Shown here one piece after another: positions 17,375 to 32,336 of a stretch of 64,000 nucleotides of DNA. This DNA comes from Trichinella spiralis (lineage: Eukaryota). Each line of letters begins with the position of its first letter. The first letter of the stretch is position 1. The stretch spans positions 8,424,495 to 8,488,494 of the forward strand of contig NW_003526941.1 in assembly GCF_000181795.1 (NCBI RefSeq). The letters run 5' to 3'. The translations under genes were made by a program, and so were the position numbers. The notes under the pieces were generated by a model, which saw only the letters and a program-made list of their open reading frames with translations, had not been told where the DNA came from and searched no databases.

Positions 17375-17433
17375 TAGGAAAAAAAGTATTGCAGTTTAGC
17401 TTTTCTGTTTAGATAAATTTTCACTATTGTTGA

Positions 17434-20400
17434 TCAGTTTTTTGTTTGTGCTTGGAGGGCAGCAGGAAACGCAGTGGTTTGATTTGGACTGGCTGGCTGA
17501 GAAAAGCACATATCGCAGACAAGTCGATTAATCGGCACTTCTCCAATTGCTTCTTTGAATAGCAATCGCTCAATCAGATCGCTTGAAAGGCTTTTCACCA
17601 GTGACAACAAAGCAATCAGGTGGTTCGTACGAAACGTCTGCCACGGATACCGCAGCTGTTCATAACGACTAAGTCCAAGTCGTATCCCGTCTTCTCCACC
17701 TTTATCTGAATTAATTCATTAATGAAAATAAGAAATAAAGAGCTTCCTTTTTTCATTTATAATAAATTATGATATAAAATGTATTATTTTCTTATTTATT
17801 AATAAAAAAATACTGATAAGATAAATTAATTTTCAATGTTATTTGATTATTTGAAAAAAAACAATATTTAATTAATAACAATTAAAACATATTTAAATGT
17901 TTATATTTGAAATGTAACTTACCATTTCCGAGTAAAATTATTGTTCGCAGATAGCAGTACTCTACCGGGTCTACCTGCATTTCTTTAAATTTTGTACATA
18001 TTTCAATCAATGTTTTCACCTCAGCCACAGCAGTCTCTTTGTCGCCTGTGAGCTCTGCAACAGCATTAGCATTTTGGAACAAACCAAACTGGGCAGCAAC
18101 CAAAACAAATAATTCGTGCCATTTGTTTCCCAAAATATTCACCTAAACAATGTATGTATGTATATATATTTATTTATTTATCTAAGCATGCGTAAAAAAT
18201 AAGTATTATTACTTGTTCAGGACGAGATAATGTGGCAAACTGTGGTATTGTACGTGGCCAGCTGGTTATGAGAAACAAAAGACGAGCAGCTTGTTCTTTA
18301 AGCGCTTTGCTGGCGGAGACGGCCAAAGTTGAAGGCTGAAATACCAAATGCCGAACTTGTCGCTCCCACTCAGTCTGTTCACTTAATGCCTCTCTTACCT
18401 GATTCATTTCTGTTAGAGGCGGTGATGCAGCAGGAGCTTGAAGCTGCACCTGCTGAGAAGAGGAAAACAAGAACGGTAAAGTGAGGGAACTGAGCGAATC
18501 TGGGGGAGGCAGTGCGGCACCGCCGAACATCCGCCAGCTTGGGCTTAAAAACAAATACGGTGCAGCATTTTGCACCAGCGAATGAACTGCCAATGAGGGT
18601 GCCGCAACACTTGGAACTGAAACTGCACCCAATTCCAAACTCGAACTCGATGCAGGCAACGGTTTATTATTCAGTTGTATAGTCGTTGGTTGGTTAAGAT
18701 CTTCGAATGTGCCTCCTTTAAAAAAAAGTGACATTTGTCGACGCAAGGTTGAGTTGCGAGGGCCACGTTCATGTTGAACAGCTAAAAATAATCATAAATT
18801 GACTGATCATTTCAAAATAATAAATTACTTTACCTTCTTTATTCATGCCAACCTGCAAGCATTTGCTAAGTCTGCATGCTCGGCATTGATTACGGTGTGT
18901 TTTATCCACAGTACAACTTCCTTCCTGACCTGTACCCCTTGCTTTACATACATACTGTCGATTTCGTCGAATTGATCTCTTAAAAATGTATTTTTAGTTT
19001 TTTTTACAATTACTGCTTACTGTTTAAACTTACTTTAAAAAAACCAGCACAACCATCGCATGCAAAAATACCATAATGTTTCCCTGATGAATGATCTTCA
19101 CATACTTTGCACGGTATGTCCAACAAAATGCGACCTACACAAGAAATGAAATGAAAAAAGTCTATACTTTCAAAACAAATTTTCATAAAACTTTAAAAAA
19201 GAATTTTCCATATTAACTTCATACTTTTCTACTTCTGCTTTAATTTTTTTTCGAATTTTTAAGATTTGACATTTATTTTAATTAGTCAAAGTTTAAATTA
19301 ATTTAACAATTTTCACTAAAATTAGTTTAGATTGTAAATAATTTCAACATTCTATTCTAGAAATAAAAGTGAACATAAATTCTGAGTCTCCAGTGTATTC
19401 TGAACGTAAATAACTGCTTACAGCGTTATTATAATTATTCACAAAATAATGAAATAGCTCAAAAACTAATGGCCACAATTCATAAGTGGTCATGTCTAAC
19501 AGCTAATTTTGATTTGCAGGCAACCAGATGAAAAACACATAACCAATTTAGTCTAACAACGGTAGCTTTTGACTGGCTTTCTCGGGCTTTTTCTCTGACC
19601 TCTTTGCGCTTTCTCAGTCATTCAATCAAGATTGCTTCATTGATTACTGCCGCTTTTCCAGGCTGTTCGATTCCGGTCTCCTAATGCATTCCGACTCGAC
19701 CCAAAAGCAGTTTAATGATGAATGCACGAAGGTGCCTGTAGCAGTGTCAAATATGGACGTTCCCGATTTTCCATTTACCTTTTAATCGATCTAAACGCTC
19801 TGATAGCAAACTTCATCGTTAAAAGCTGCCCCCTTCACGACCGAAATTATAAATGAAAGAATTAGAAAGATTCTGTCAAAGAACAAAAGGTTGTATTTGT
19901 AAACTAAAAGCAAATGTAAAAAACATACAAAAGTAATGAAATTTTTTGTCGAAATAATCGAAACGCAAAGTTATTAACAAAGTTACTTTGCAATATTTTA
20001 GCACGTAATTATTTGCTTTTCTCATATCAAACTGAAATTAATTTATTCTTTTAAAAATAATCAGAACAAAAAATTAGTTAATTCTCTAAATATTTAAGTA
20101 AAAACAACGAATAATCTAAAGTTTAATACAGAGTGCAAAATATTTTCATGTAAGATCATATATTTCCTCTATTTTACAATGATTGAAAATGTACATCAAT
20201 GCATTATTGCACACACATTTGCATTAACTGTAAAAAAATGTGCAATGAATATTAACTATCAGAAACTGAATGCAATAAAATTCAGCTGATTCTTGCTTGT
20301 TTACTGTAAAAAAATACTTTTTACAAAAAAGGAATCATTTTCTTTAATTTCAACGTCCTTCAGGTTAACAGACCCTGTTGTCGATAATTCCTATTTTTAA

Positions 20401-22763
20401 AAGCTGCTCATTTCCATAATTTGCAAAACTGCTTCCCTATTACTTTCTTTTTTTTATTTAAACAGCTAATTCATGAACTGCATACATCATTGTTCAATTT
20501 TAAGAAGAAAAAAGAAGTTCAGTATAAAAACTTCCTTTCCTGTCATAGAACTACAGAGTAGCAAATTTTTGTTTGCACAATGGTAACAAAAACACTTCAA
20601 CTTTCGGCAACCAATTGACCCCTCCTTAAAATCACTGCCTCCTTTGCTAAAGCACTCGTGATAGAGCGTGCTTGACAATGATAAAGCACAACAGTATGAA
20701 TTCAAATATAATTTAAATACAAATAAATTTATTCTATTTATATTTCATGCAATGTTATAATTCTTTTTCACAAACATTTTCTTTTGTTATTTATGAATAT
20801 GATTCACATTGCTTAAAAATTTCAAATGCTATACGCACAAACTGTCTGCACGTTAGTTCGTTACATCCGTAATATTACTATTTTCTGTCTTTGCTTTAAA
20901 TATGGAATTAAAATTTAAAACTATTAATTAAAATGTTTAACTCTCATGTTGTTTAACTGATCATCTTATATTTAATTACTTTCATTTTTTCTCTATTTAG
21001 TTTCCTTTAATCTGTCATCTTGACAGTTTAAATCATTATTAATAGTTAAGTGTCAATGAAGAAACAACTCAATTCAGTTCACCGTTGCGGACAAAATTAA
21101 TAACTGCTAATCAACTATATGCGTGATTGGTGTGTTTATATGTGATTATGATAACATGGCTTCCTAAAAGACCCTTTCCAGGTGTTCCATTGTCAGGAAA
21201 ATGTAGCAAAATTTGGAATGATGCTTGCTCTTTCTCGCCCAATAAACACACAAACTACATTAGCCGACGAAGCGGAGGAAGTGAGCCTGCCGAGCATTGT
21301 CTGATGATACACTCAGCACACAATAGAGTTTGTACAGCTTAATGACCACCGTGTAAACATAAAATTATCACCATTATTCAGCGCAAGCATGCCAGACAGT
21401 TCAGGTCGGGTCGCTGAAGCCTACCTCAGGCTATGCTTCTTTCCGGTCAGCTTTTCCGTTTTCTGCTTTTGTTAGTGCTAAACGGTCCATACTAGGGGGG
21501 TCATTGTCACCCTAATTGAAGGTAATGGACCACCGTATATTGACTAGCTAGTCAAAAAAACATTTAGCCAAGTTTGTTTTCTTACGCGACGGGACGTGAT
21601 CAAGGCTAAATATGATCACTTTGGGCATTTTCAGCTTAAAGTAAACTAACTAAGCTGACCGGAAGTTTAATTTACTAAACATTATATCACCGGAAATACT
21701 ACTGTAAATTATACAATCCAAAAAACTAATTCTTGTTTTTGCAAGAAAATTCGAAATGATTAAAAATTTCACTTCCTGGATAAATAATTTCTTTATAAAG
21801 TCAAGTAAAAGCAAATGCATCCTTGATGAAACTGTTTTTTGATTGTTTGAAGAATTTAAATGCACAAACACTCAATTTCATAAAGAATACTCCAAATCTC
21901 AAATGTGTTAAAAATTGATGCTGAAATTTCAGATAAGCTTATTTTGAAATGATGTGATATATGACAAAATGACCAAACAAAAAAACTTCTATAAAAGATC
22001 ATTAACATTTTCAGATTTAAAAGGTGTTTCCATTTATTTCATTAATACCCAGATCAATCAAACTCTTATCCATGCTCTTATGAATTCGCCTTATTCGCTC
22101 TTATACTTTGTTAATTTCACTATAATATAGCTAACATTTTACAGTTCACATAATGCAGACGTAAAATTTACCGCAATAAAAAAGTTTCTTTCGTTCATAG
22201 GCTCACAACAATACAACTTCAATGCACAAATCAAATTAAATTCTGTATAATGCAATATGAAACACCACTAAAATGTATTCCGTAGCTAGTTTGGTACAAT
22301 AAAAAAGAAAACTAAAACTTTAATATCTCACACTCCCATTATATGAGAACTTGCTTGGAAATAAAAAAAAAATAAGCTCTGAATACATTCTTCAGCATAA
22401 TATAACTCTCACATTACATATTTTGCTATAATTGGAAGAAGAAAAGCAACATTTACATGCTTGTCATCATGTGAATATGAAAAGTGTGCAACTATACGAA
22501 ACAAATATGAAACTGTGTGTAAATTATGTAGAAGCTTAATGAAGTTATCCACCTTAAGAATTGAATTGAAATGATATTTATCATAATAATGATAAAGGGT
22601 ACTTAAGTTCATAAACGAAAACAAAACATGAAAATAATAATCACATTATGATCAGACATCTGTAAGTCTGACGATAATAAAAATGCATATTTAGTGATAA
22701 ACCAAATGTACAAAGTTAAAAAGTAAAAATAAAAATAAACTTACCTGATGTAACTGTGGCCAT
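17434..22763 (-). CDS. NR2E1: Nuclear receptor tailless/TLX (nhr-67 orthologue), with ~3.6 kb first intron
   Basis: [52 protein letters not shown]...[14 protein letters not shown]...[15 protein letters not shown] segments AARLLF, WHELFVL and [19 protein letters not shown] are typical of NR2E1. Confidence 0.95.
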
Positions 22764-25700
22764 TGTTTTTGTTGAACACCGGAAACGATAGCAATGATGC
22801 GGGATAGTAGCAGCAAGTGAAGTTACAGTCGCCGAAGTGCTACTGACTAACTTGACTAATTGATACAGTGACTGACTTATCGACGTAGACGGTGATTGGC
22901 TAACAGTCTCATGGACCGCCCCTTGTTGTCAATAGGAGTTTAGCGAATAGAGTCGTCGTTTATTAGAATGCAAGCTGTTGGCAAGTCGATAGCCACTGAA
23001 CTGGCAGTATCAGGAATTATTGTTTAATAAATGCTGATTGGTCAGTTTTTAGTCTCTGTTCGGCAATGCCGGCCGGTTGTTTGCCAAAGCACTTCAGCAG
23101 CCCTTGATGAATGCTTAATCGCCGGTTGGTCTGTAGCCAGCGGCTAAGCGGACCAATATTGTCCAGCTACTGAGAAATGGAATTGCATACCATTCTTCTT
23201 TCCACAACATCATCGGTCAGACATCTGCTCGCATGATATGTCCATAATTAATCAAGTTGCTGCTTATGAAAGTAGTCGCATCTTTATTACCGTAACTCAC
23301 CGCCCACACATTTGTTCTATTCACAGCAATCACAGCTGCTGGCACTTCACAGCCCTGGCTCAAACGACATATCGGACAAGATCAATTGAGCATCGCCTGA
23401 CAGTTATAAGGCTTACTGTCAGAAAAAAAGCGGATTTAAAATCCGGTCAAGATAGGAGTGATTTGCTGACTAAGCAATAAATGTGAATCAATGTCACAGG
23501 CATACTAGACGCAATGGAGCCGATACATGACAAAATGTTTATCGCTTCTGCAGCACCTTTCTCTTAAAAGTTTTATCGAACGAATTCAATTATACAAACA
23601 TAATTTTCATGCTCATGCCAAATCATTGTTCATGCTGTTCAAGCATAAAAATCAAAATAAGCATACTTATAACCAGCATTTCTTGTTATTTACACACGTC
23701 AAACAGGAAATTCTTTTTTTGAAATTAATATCTAAAACAGAAGAATAAACTTCTAAACTGATGCGCATGTATAAAAGCAATAAAACAAAAGAAATTAAGG
23801 ATATTCACAAAACAAAATAAAATAGACCAAACAGTCACAGCAACAAGCAATGATCATTCTTATCAAAGAAAATTAACTTAGCATCAGCAGTAAGAATTCA
23901 TGATAACAAATAAAGGTAATTTGCATACTCTCTGCATAATGCAAATTATTTTCACATTTATCATTATCATTTCAACAAGTGCTTTTCAAAAAATATTTGA
24001 AATACTGAAATGAAAGAAAATATTGAAATATTTCTTTCAAATTAATACAAAGTACTTTTTCATGCTATTATTACATTATTGACAAATATGCATCAAAAAG
24101 CAAAATTTATCGGTAAAATATTGATAGAGAAAATATCTCTCTACAGCGTCAATTGTCGCTTATTAAAAGTGTTCCGAAATCTGAAGGGAACTTTTTATTA
24201 GGTACTCAAATTAAATCTTAGCACTTATTCCACATCAACAGATACATAAGTAATCTGATAGGCGTGCAAGTGTCAACTGCATAAATCATCGACCAAACCA
24301 TCCGTAAAATCATTGCGTTGTTGACACTGCTGTTGATCAGATATGCGCATTCTCATGGTTGAATGCGTCGATGTGAAATGACCAAATCCCTGCAGCTAAT
24401 TTCAGCTCCGCTAATTGCTAGCTGGTTAACACGCGCTCTTGATGCCGTCAAATTTTCTATAACTGCTTGTGCCAGCCGACCGGACTGATAATTGATTCTG
24501 ATTGGTCATAATATGCACGTCACCCTACTGTACCTTTGCACGCCACGTTACTGCATGACAAAAAGTAATTGTTCACCCGTCACCAATTGGAATTAAACCA
24601 GCCGGCTCAGTTTAAATTTGGTATTTCACCGACAGTAAAATTACTATCACGTCTTTTGTTTTTCCTGAACCATTCTGAAAAAAAATCGAAACTGAGCAAT
24701 AAGCAATGTGCAACTTATATAAAAATTAGCTTCACAACTCAACATCTTCTATGCAAAATTCTGACAGTATTTCAAAGAGAAAAAAAATTACATCCACATC
24801 ACAATTATGTCTTCACACTACATTAAACGCATTCACAGTATGTTTGCACAATTGAATGCAATCACTTACGTACAGTGAATAGATTCTGTGACAAATATTG
24901 GTAAACACGTTCAGCTTAAAAGAATTTTATCATTTTCATTCAGATTCGATTTCTTGTGAAAACTACAAAAAAATTTTAAGCAATAAATAAAAGTACATAA
25001 ATAAAACAACGTTTCACAAGTAAAAACTGCATTGCAACAATGACAATTAAATTCAAAAAAAAAGAGCAGCTTTCCAAATTTTATTTCATCATTCCTAAAA
25101 ACGACAACTATTTCTTTTCTTTTTTTGCTTTAACATGAGGAATATTTCAGAATGAAAATATTTTTGAACTGCATCATTCTAATGAAGACGGTATTAATGA
25201 CAAGAAGTATCATCGTGACACTGAGTTGGAAAAGTATAAGAGATGAAGAGCTCAGGTCAACAATTTTGCAGTCCTGTCAGCCTTGATCTGGTCCGATTAT
25301 GGCTCGCTGTTTGCTTAATCACGTCATGGTCAAAAGGGGTCGCCTGTTACAGGCTATTTTGATGCTTTTCTTAATTCCTGGTCGTATCTGACAATTGAAA
25401 AATCTGTGCAACGCACAATTTTGCGAGTTGTTCACGTTGAAATGTGTGAACAAACACACCTGCAAAACAGACCAATACAGTAAAGATAATCACAGAAACT
25501 CAGAGGTGACAATCAGAAGTGACGTGTTTTCTCCCAGGCTAGTCGATTATCACAAGAGTACTGTTTGCTAAATCACTTAACCTCCATGCAAAAGCCGGCA
25601 AGGCTGCCGGTTGGCTAACAGCTTCCACCCTATACAACAGAAGCAGCCGGCCGTATTTTTGTCCCAACAAAAGCACACTTGAACCGTTTCTGCGCCTGAG

Positions 25701-26344
25701 CCGCCAAAAGTGGTCGATCGGTTAAAAGCACGCTGCCTGCTCAATGGCCGCTTAGCTGAGCAGTGATGTTTTATCAATTGAAAAACCAGCGATTTGCACA
25801 CTTTTTGTTTGCACCTCTTCACTGCTGACGGTCTGGAAAACACCAAATACGGAACAACGGCATTGTTACACGGAAACAACTCTCCAAAAAATATGCCCTT
25901 CGAGTATTTCTTTGTTAGTAGATAGTCTTTCTTCATTGTCTGACAAAAGTCTGTGATGCCTGGGCTAAAAAAATATTTTAATTGCATTCATTTTACATTC
26001 CACTTTAAAAAGTTTGTTCTTTCTTCAATGCATGCTTCTTTAATCAATGCTTGTTCATTTTCTCTTTAAATAAAAATATCTACAGTAATGACAACAGTTT
26101 ATTCCAAGTAAACACGTGCTTTTCTCATGAAATATTACTGAAAAAACTTATTCCATTAATTAAACCAACTGCTATAATTTAAAAAGCCAGATTCATCAGT
26201 AGAATGCTACAAAAAACCGTTTTGCACTTTAAAAATATTACAAGAGTTTATTAACTGAACAACTTCCGTAGTAATAAAAATAAATGTACAACATAATACG
26301 GCATCTGTTTACACACAAACGAAAACGTTACCTATCAGTTTCTT

Positions 26345-28084
26345 TTAAAATAAAGACCACATTCCACCACCTGCATAAGGCTGCGTAAACATAAAATTAT
26401 CATACAAAGAAGCACCACTAAAGGGTGTAGCCCCATATTGTCCATAACCTCTAAAATCACCACCACCACCACCACCAAACGAAGGCCAGTCGATTATTTC
26501 ACCAAGCAGTATTATTTGCGCTGGTATTCTCTGTGGTGCAGCTCCAGTACCAGGCAAAAATGGAGGAGCTATAAGAAAAAATGGCAATTAATTTATTACA
26601 TTATAAGAATTTTTTTCTTATGCTTTGAAAATATTATCTTGTATCAGTAAATATCCGTCTCAATAGACTAAAATAGTTAATCATCTAAACGTTTCTGCAA
26701 GCTACTAAATTAAAAAAATCATATGACAAAAGTTCATAAAAAATAAACTAACAAAACCTGTTTAAAAAACATATATAAATAAATACTGATATTATATATT
26801 AAAAGTTGTACATCAGTTATTCGGCTTACATCCTGAAATACTTCATCTTAGAAAAATAATAAATAAATAAATAAAATCACCAAAGTAGTTAAAATTCTGA
26901 AGCACAGGTGGATAAACGTAAGAAGGAATATTTCTACCAGGGATGAAAGGTCGGTATACTGCAGGACGAGGCATGATAGGAACTAATGCAAACAAGTAAC
27001 GCAAATTGCCTAAAATTATGAAATCAGTTTTATCATTTTATGAAAAAGAAATCATTTACATTACCTAAATCAATGCACGATTTATTACCCTCGTTATAAA
27101 ACTGCCCAAATGGACAATTTTTCGATGAGTTCATTTGCTGAGTGTCGGTAAATCTGTCAACACCATCGTCACATGGTTTTTGCTTTTCTGAGAAACAAGG
27201 AATCAAGGAACTGCTTCCAGTTTTTGCATTTTTAACTGCAATTTGTGCCTGTGACTTCAAATTCTTTGTTTTGTAAGTATTGTCATTTGAATTTTTCAAA
27301 CAGCACCTCCTCAACGCATCATACCTCATACCTATCAGGCATTGTTTTATTTCCCAAATTCCTTTGTGCGATGATGATCTACAATCATAATAACACTGAT
27401 AAATCACAAATTCAGAAAAATACTTCATACTTTGTAATCTTTAAAAAACACTTCACATTATATTAAAAAACTAACATAAAATCCATATATTTATTTATTT
27501 ACTTATATACACCTTTAAAACACAGAGGCATCTTAGTACTTGAAATGTCATAAAATTATAAGAAAAGAAGTATTAACAAAATAAATGAACGTTGAATTAA
27601 ATATTAAGAGCAAATAACATCCATCATGGATAAACAGTAAATATATATATATATTAGAGAATTTACTTCTGAATTTTTGAAGCTTTCGACGTTTCACATG
27701 AAACATATTGCCTACTGTTCACAGGCAGAGGAAAGGACAAATATGGATCACATGGGCGACCCAAAAGAGCTCGAACTCCTTCCTGTGATAAAACAGATAA
27801 TGGAGCAGCGGAACTGAATTCTGAAAATGAACAAAACATTATTTCTAGAGTAATAAAACATATCGATGCAATTTTAATAACTGAATATTGCTGTGATATG
27901 AAAACAGTCATTTATTTAACAATAAATCCAAGTAGAGAAAAAATTCTTTTTCCATCGCTTACTTCGTTTCAAATTGTGTTTCTAACATTTGCATAAAAAA
28001 GGAAGGATGAAGCACAAAATTGGCAGAAATTTCTAGACAAATAATTCTGACAAAAATGACAATTGTAAAAAATAAAAAAAACAT
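26345..28084 (-). CDS. Secreted protein with chitin-binding type 2 (CBM14/peritrophin-A)-like Cys motifs and a Pro/Gly/Tyr-rich tail
   Basis: Hydrophobic N-terminus MFFLFFTIVIFVRIICL. Spliced PCDPYLSFPLPVNSRQYVSC...GIWEIKQCLIGMRYDALRRCC and CPFGQFYNEGNKSC. The first three exons were checked for phase. Confidence 0.6.
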
Positions 28085-30232
28085 GCTCTGTAAAAATAAA
28101 TACATGAATATTATTAGCATTATTGAAAAGCATCATTTATTCAGTTTACAAATTTCATTAATACTGTAGATCTAAATTAAATTTCAAAAAATTATGCAAC
28201 GTATACATTAAATTTATTTAAGCTATTCAACACTGCAAAAGCATAGCACTGAAAAACACGTCGAAATAAAATTCACTATTTTACATTTTTAAGTCATGTC
28301 TTTACTTTATAAATAAAGCGCTTATAAATAAAAGAATAGAAAATCAATTCAAGCAAAGAATCTCATATAGACATACCTGTATTATTTGTCAAAGAGAATA
28401 AAAAAATAATTGAAAACAAATATTCGTGAAAAGCCAACATGCGCTTGTCCATTGCAAGTGTTTCATCAGAATAGCAGAAGAGAAACTAAAAAATTCATTT
28501 TCTGCATACAAATGTTTTTTTTTCTCTTCAATTTAAAGAATCATATTTTTCTTCCTGCTCAACAGTGTTAATAGAACTTCGATGTTCGAAACATTCGTCG
28601 TCGTTTGCATTTCATAAAATTTTACACAGATACAGACACACGGCTAATGCCAGTCGTGGAATAATATTTGAATAAAATGCTTCTGACAGAATTGCACAAT
28701 AAATTTCCAGATGTATTCAAAACAACGCGGATCAAATTAATTGGTGATAAACTAACATTACTTGAATCATGCAAAATGAAAACCTCACTAATACAGCAAA
28801 TTTGCAAATCAGTTGCATGCGTGGAAATAGAAATAGAAAACAAACAATTTCATATTTGAAATTTACCAATAATTTTTATTGATATGAAAATTTTCAGTCA
28901 TTCACGTGTTATATTTATTACTTATTCTTTTGCCATTTATCCTATTTCCATTTCAAAAACATATTCAATGCTTTATTATACATATATAGTATAAAAGTAA
29001 CTGTATATGTGTAAACATTTGCTTCTTAGTATACATTATAACACCATTTCTGCCATTAATCTTTGAAAACGTAAACTTTATATTTATAAAAATTATAAAA
29101 TAATATAAAAAAATAAATAATTAAGCACAAGATTACTGCTTTCTGTGCCAATTATGAAATTGCATTAATATTAAACAAAGCTAAAGTAATAAAAACCGAC
29201 AAATTTCAACCATACACTTTAGTTATCAAGAATTGTTCAATTTACTTCGATATATATTCAGGTTTAATTTACTACTACCAATAATAATAATAATAATAAT
29301 AATAAAACATGCCTAACATATTCATTATAACAATTCATCGCATAATATAAAAAATTTATAATGCAATGAAATTAATAATTACGTTATAGAAATAAAAATG
29401 ACTTTCTGTTTATTCTCAATTTAATAATTTGATTGAAATAAAATTAATAATATATTCAAAACAAAAATACAGAACTTCTTTTGAAAACGAAGTTACATTA
29501 ACAATAAATTGATTAGCTGATGAAAAGTCAATTTTATTAGTAATTTTTATTCATTCCACTTGAGTCATTTCTACCCACCTCCAGTGAAAACAAGCAATTT
29601 AAACATTTAAACATTTTACAAATACCGTACAATCATAATAGATGGAATTTTTACGCACAGCATCTGATGATAATAATTCTTAATATTGTCATTTTCTACG
29701 TCATTCATTCATGTACATTAAAAATGCAAACAATAAAATACTATAGAAGTGAATTCTTAGAGGGATTTAGCTGTTGAAAGCAGTTTGCCTTACTGCTCAG
29801 CTCATTAAAAAAAGCCTTTATGGGTTATTTAACTCTAGCAGTTTTCATAATTTTAATATCAGCTACAGATGGTAAGTAATATTCTATTGTCATTCATATC
29901 AATTTAAATCACAGTACACTTTAAAATAAAAAATGCATCGTATTTGAATACAATGTAACAAATAAAAAATGCTCATCTGTTTACTTACTTACTTTCTTTC
30001 TTATTATAATTCAACAGATGCATCTCCATTGCCACTGAATAAAAAAAATTGCCTGACCATTAATAACATTACAACACAGATTCAGCATACATATTTCGGC
30101 ATTAATATTAATAATAATCGTTATTATTACTCGGACACAATTTTTCCTAAAATAAAATAATTATAATAATAAATAAACAACAAAAGAAAACAATTAAACA
30201 AAAAATGTAATAAAAATATAATGTAATATAAT

Positions 30233-30656
30233 ATGGTTATAATTATGTATACTGTTGTTGAAGGCAGAGGATCGGAAAGGAATATGCGAGAAATTGGTCA
30301 AATGATAGACCGCTCATTGCGAATGTCTGCTGTAATGTATCCAAAAACGAACGGTGAATTCAGAAACAGCAGAGTGTTTGAAAATTTGTTCCAAGGCAAT
30401 CAGCAGTTTGATCACCAGACGCCGAATGGCGTTCAACTCAGATTTCTTTCCAGTTTAGCAAGCATCCCAGGACTTTCATCCATGCCAGGTTTCTCCGCTT
30501 TACAGGGAATACTTTCAGCTGGCCTGATGCCTTGTCCATTAGGTATGCGACGATATGCATATTTACAATTTAACTTTTATCATTCGAACAACAGTGCTTC
30601 AACTAATCGACTAAAGAGAAGAAAACAATTACTCAATGAATAACTTTTACATAATG

Positions 30657-30690
<34 letters not shown>

Positions 30691-31197
30691 CCTTTTTCGT
30701 TGTTTATTTATAAAAAATTCCTTTCAGAAGTCATTGCGTTAGGCATAAAATTAGCCAGTCCACAAAAGCCTCCACCACCGCCAAAAGAAAGAGAACCCTG
30801 CACCTGGCAGGTAGACAATCACATTATCGATCCAGACAACCCCATGGCTTATCTGAGATGTGAACCATCAATACCTTCTAAAATTGTGATGCCAATTCCA
30901 CAAGGATTCGCTTCAATGGGAATTCCATTGCCCATACCCGGACTTAATCCGGAAAGCCTTTTAGATGGTTTAATCACTGCAGACATGATTCAACCTCCAT
31001 TACCAAATATGGAACTGTGCGGAGCTTTGAAATCCATCGCGTGTCCCAGTGGTTTATATTTCAACGTTGATGAAGGTGTCTGCGCATACTGTAAGTTCAG
31101 TTGTAGTGCATTTAACAGAATTGACATTGAATAATATTATGCTTTTGCAGCTCCCGGAGGAGGACCAGGGGGACTTCTTTCAGGCATGCTTGGATAA
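30233..31197 (+). CDS. Pro-rich protein with an interrupted CBM14-like domain; true 5' end uncertain
   Basis: Exons ~30233-30542, 30729-31090 and 31151-31197 join in phase 1. Contains PCTW...IDPDNPMAYLRC...[Pro-rich insert]...CGALKSIACPSGLYFNVDEGVC. Confidence 0.6.
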
Positions 31198-31374
31198 ACA
31201 GCTACCACCCATACTATTTGTGATTTATCGTACCGCATCGTAACTTGTTACATGCATAAATTAATTTTGCAATTAAAATAGATGTGAAATATGAAAATGC
31301 GAATCTCATTTTTCAGCTCTGTTTTAATATATGAGTATAAATCTGTGAACCTAAAAAGAAACCATACATTTCAT

Positions 31375-32336
31375 CTACACAGGCCACTTCCATTGGTTTT
31401 CACTGGCGTTAGCAGTAAGCGGTTCCCAAGGTCTATATTTCAACATTGTGCGAGCTAGGTTAAGTTCATATTCTGCCTGAAGTGCAAATAGGAAAAAATA
31501 ACTAATTAAAAATTGGAGCAAACAAAACACTATATGCATTACATTAAATGTAAAATGCACTGAAAAAAATCAGAATAAAAAATAATTAAACACGGAAAAT
31601 TCCATTAATCAACAACAAGTTGTCTTTTACCATACCATTATCTCAGCTTTTGTTTGCAAAAATTAAAAACGGCATAACGCAGAATACAGGTATAAAATTC
31701 AAACAAAACTATCAATAAAAAGAACAAAAATACTGCATGAATATTAAAGTTAACGTTCATCGCAAAACGTAGTTACGATTAATGAAACAGAATGTATGCA
31801 AACAATACAATTAAAAAACTCAAACCAAAAAAATCTTACTAAATAACTAACAACTAATATAATGAAGTAAAATAAATTTTTTTACTTGATCATTACACAA
31901 ACATCAGCAAACAAAAGTGGAATGTTAAATAACATTTACCAATCCTTATAAAAACAGATATAAATAGCACTACAACGCTATCAGCATCAGTTAGCAATTT
32001 TCAAAATTTACATAAAATGTAAATGCTTACCTGAAGAATAATTTCTTCAATTTGACCAAGTCCAATGCTTTTTTCAATTTTGCTTATGTCTGGTTCAGTT
32101 TCTATCAGGTTCAATCGACTCATAATAACATTATTCGTGCTGTTTCGATATTCTGAATTTTCCGGCATATGTTGCAAAGCTTTCAAAATTCGGGCATAAA
32201 TAATTTTAAGATGCTTTGTTGGATCCTGTACGACCTGAAGACCAGTAAGCCCAGTTGTCTAAAACATGCTTTTTTCAAATAACTGCAAAACATTACTTAA
32301 ACTCAATTTTACCAGCTTTGTAATTCTCGAAGCCAT
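31375..32336 (-). CDS. NDUFA5: NADH dehydrogenase 1 alpha subcomplex subunit 5, 3 exons
   Basis: MASRITKL|TTGLTGLQV...GLGQIEEIILQ|AEYELNLARTMLKYRPWEPL...NQWKWPV*. Confidence 0.95.

Noticed and set aside
23797..23804. ATATCCTT (U12 5' consensus) on the minus strand upstream of TLX
   Set aside because: No flanking exon or matching branch/AC site was found. Expected by chance in AT-rich DNA.
25577..25987. 136 aa ORF upstream of TLX
   Set aside because: No recognisable domain or splice context. Better explained as a GC-richer regulatory island.
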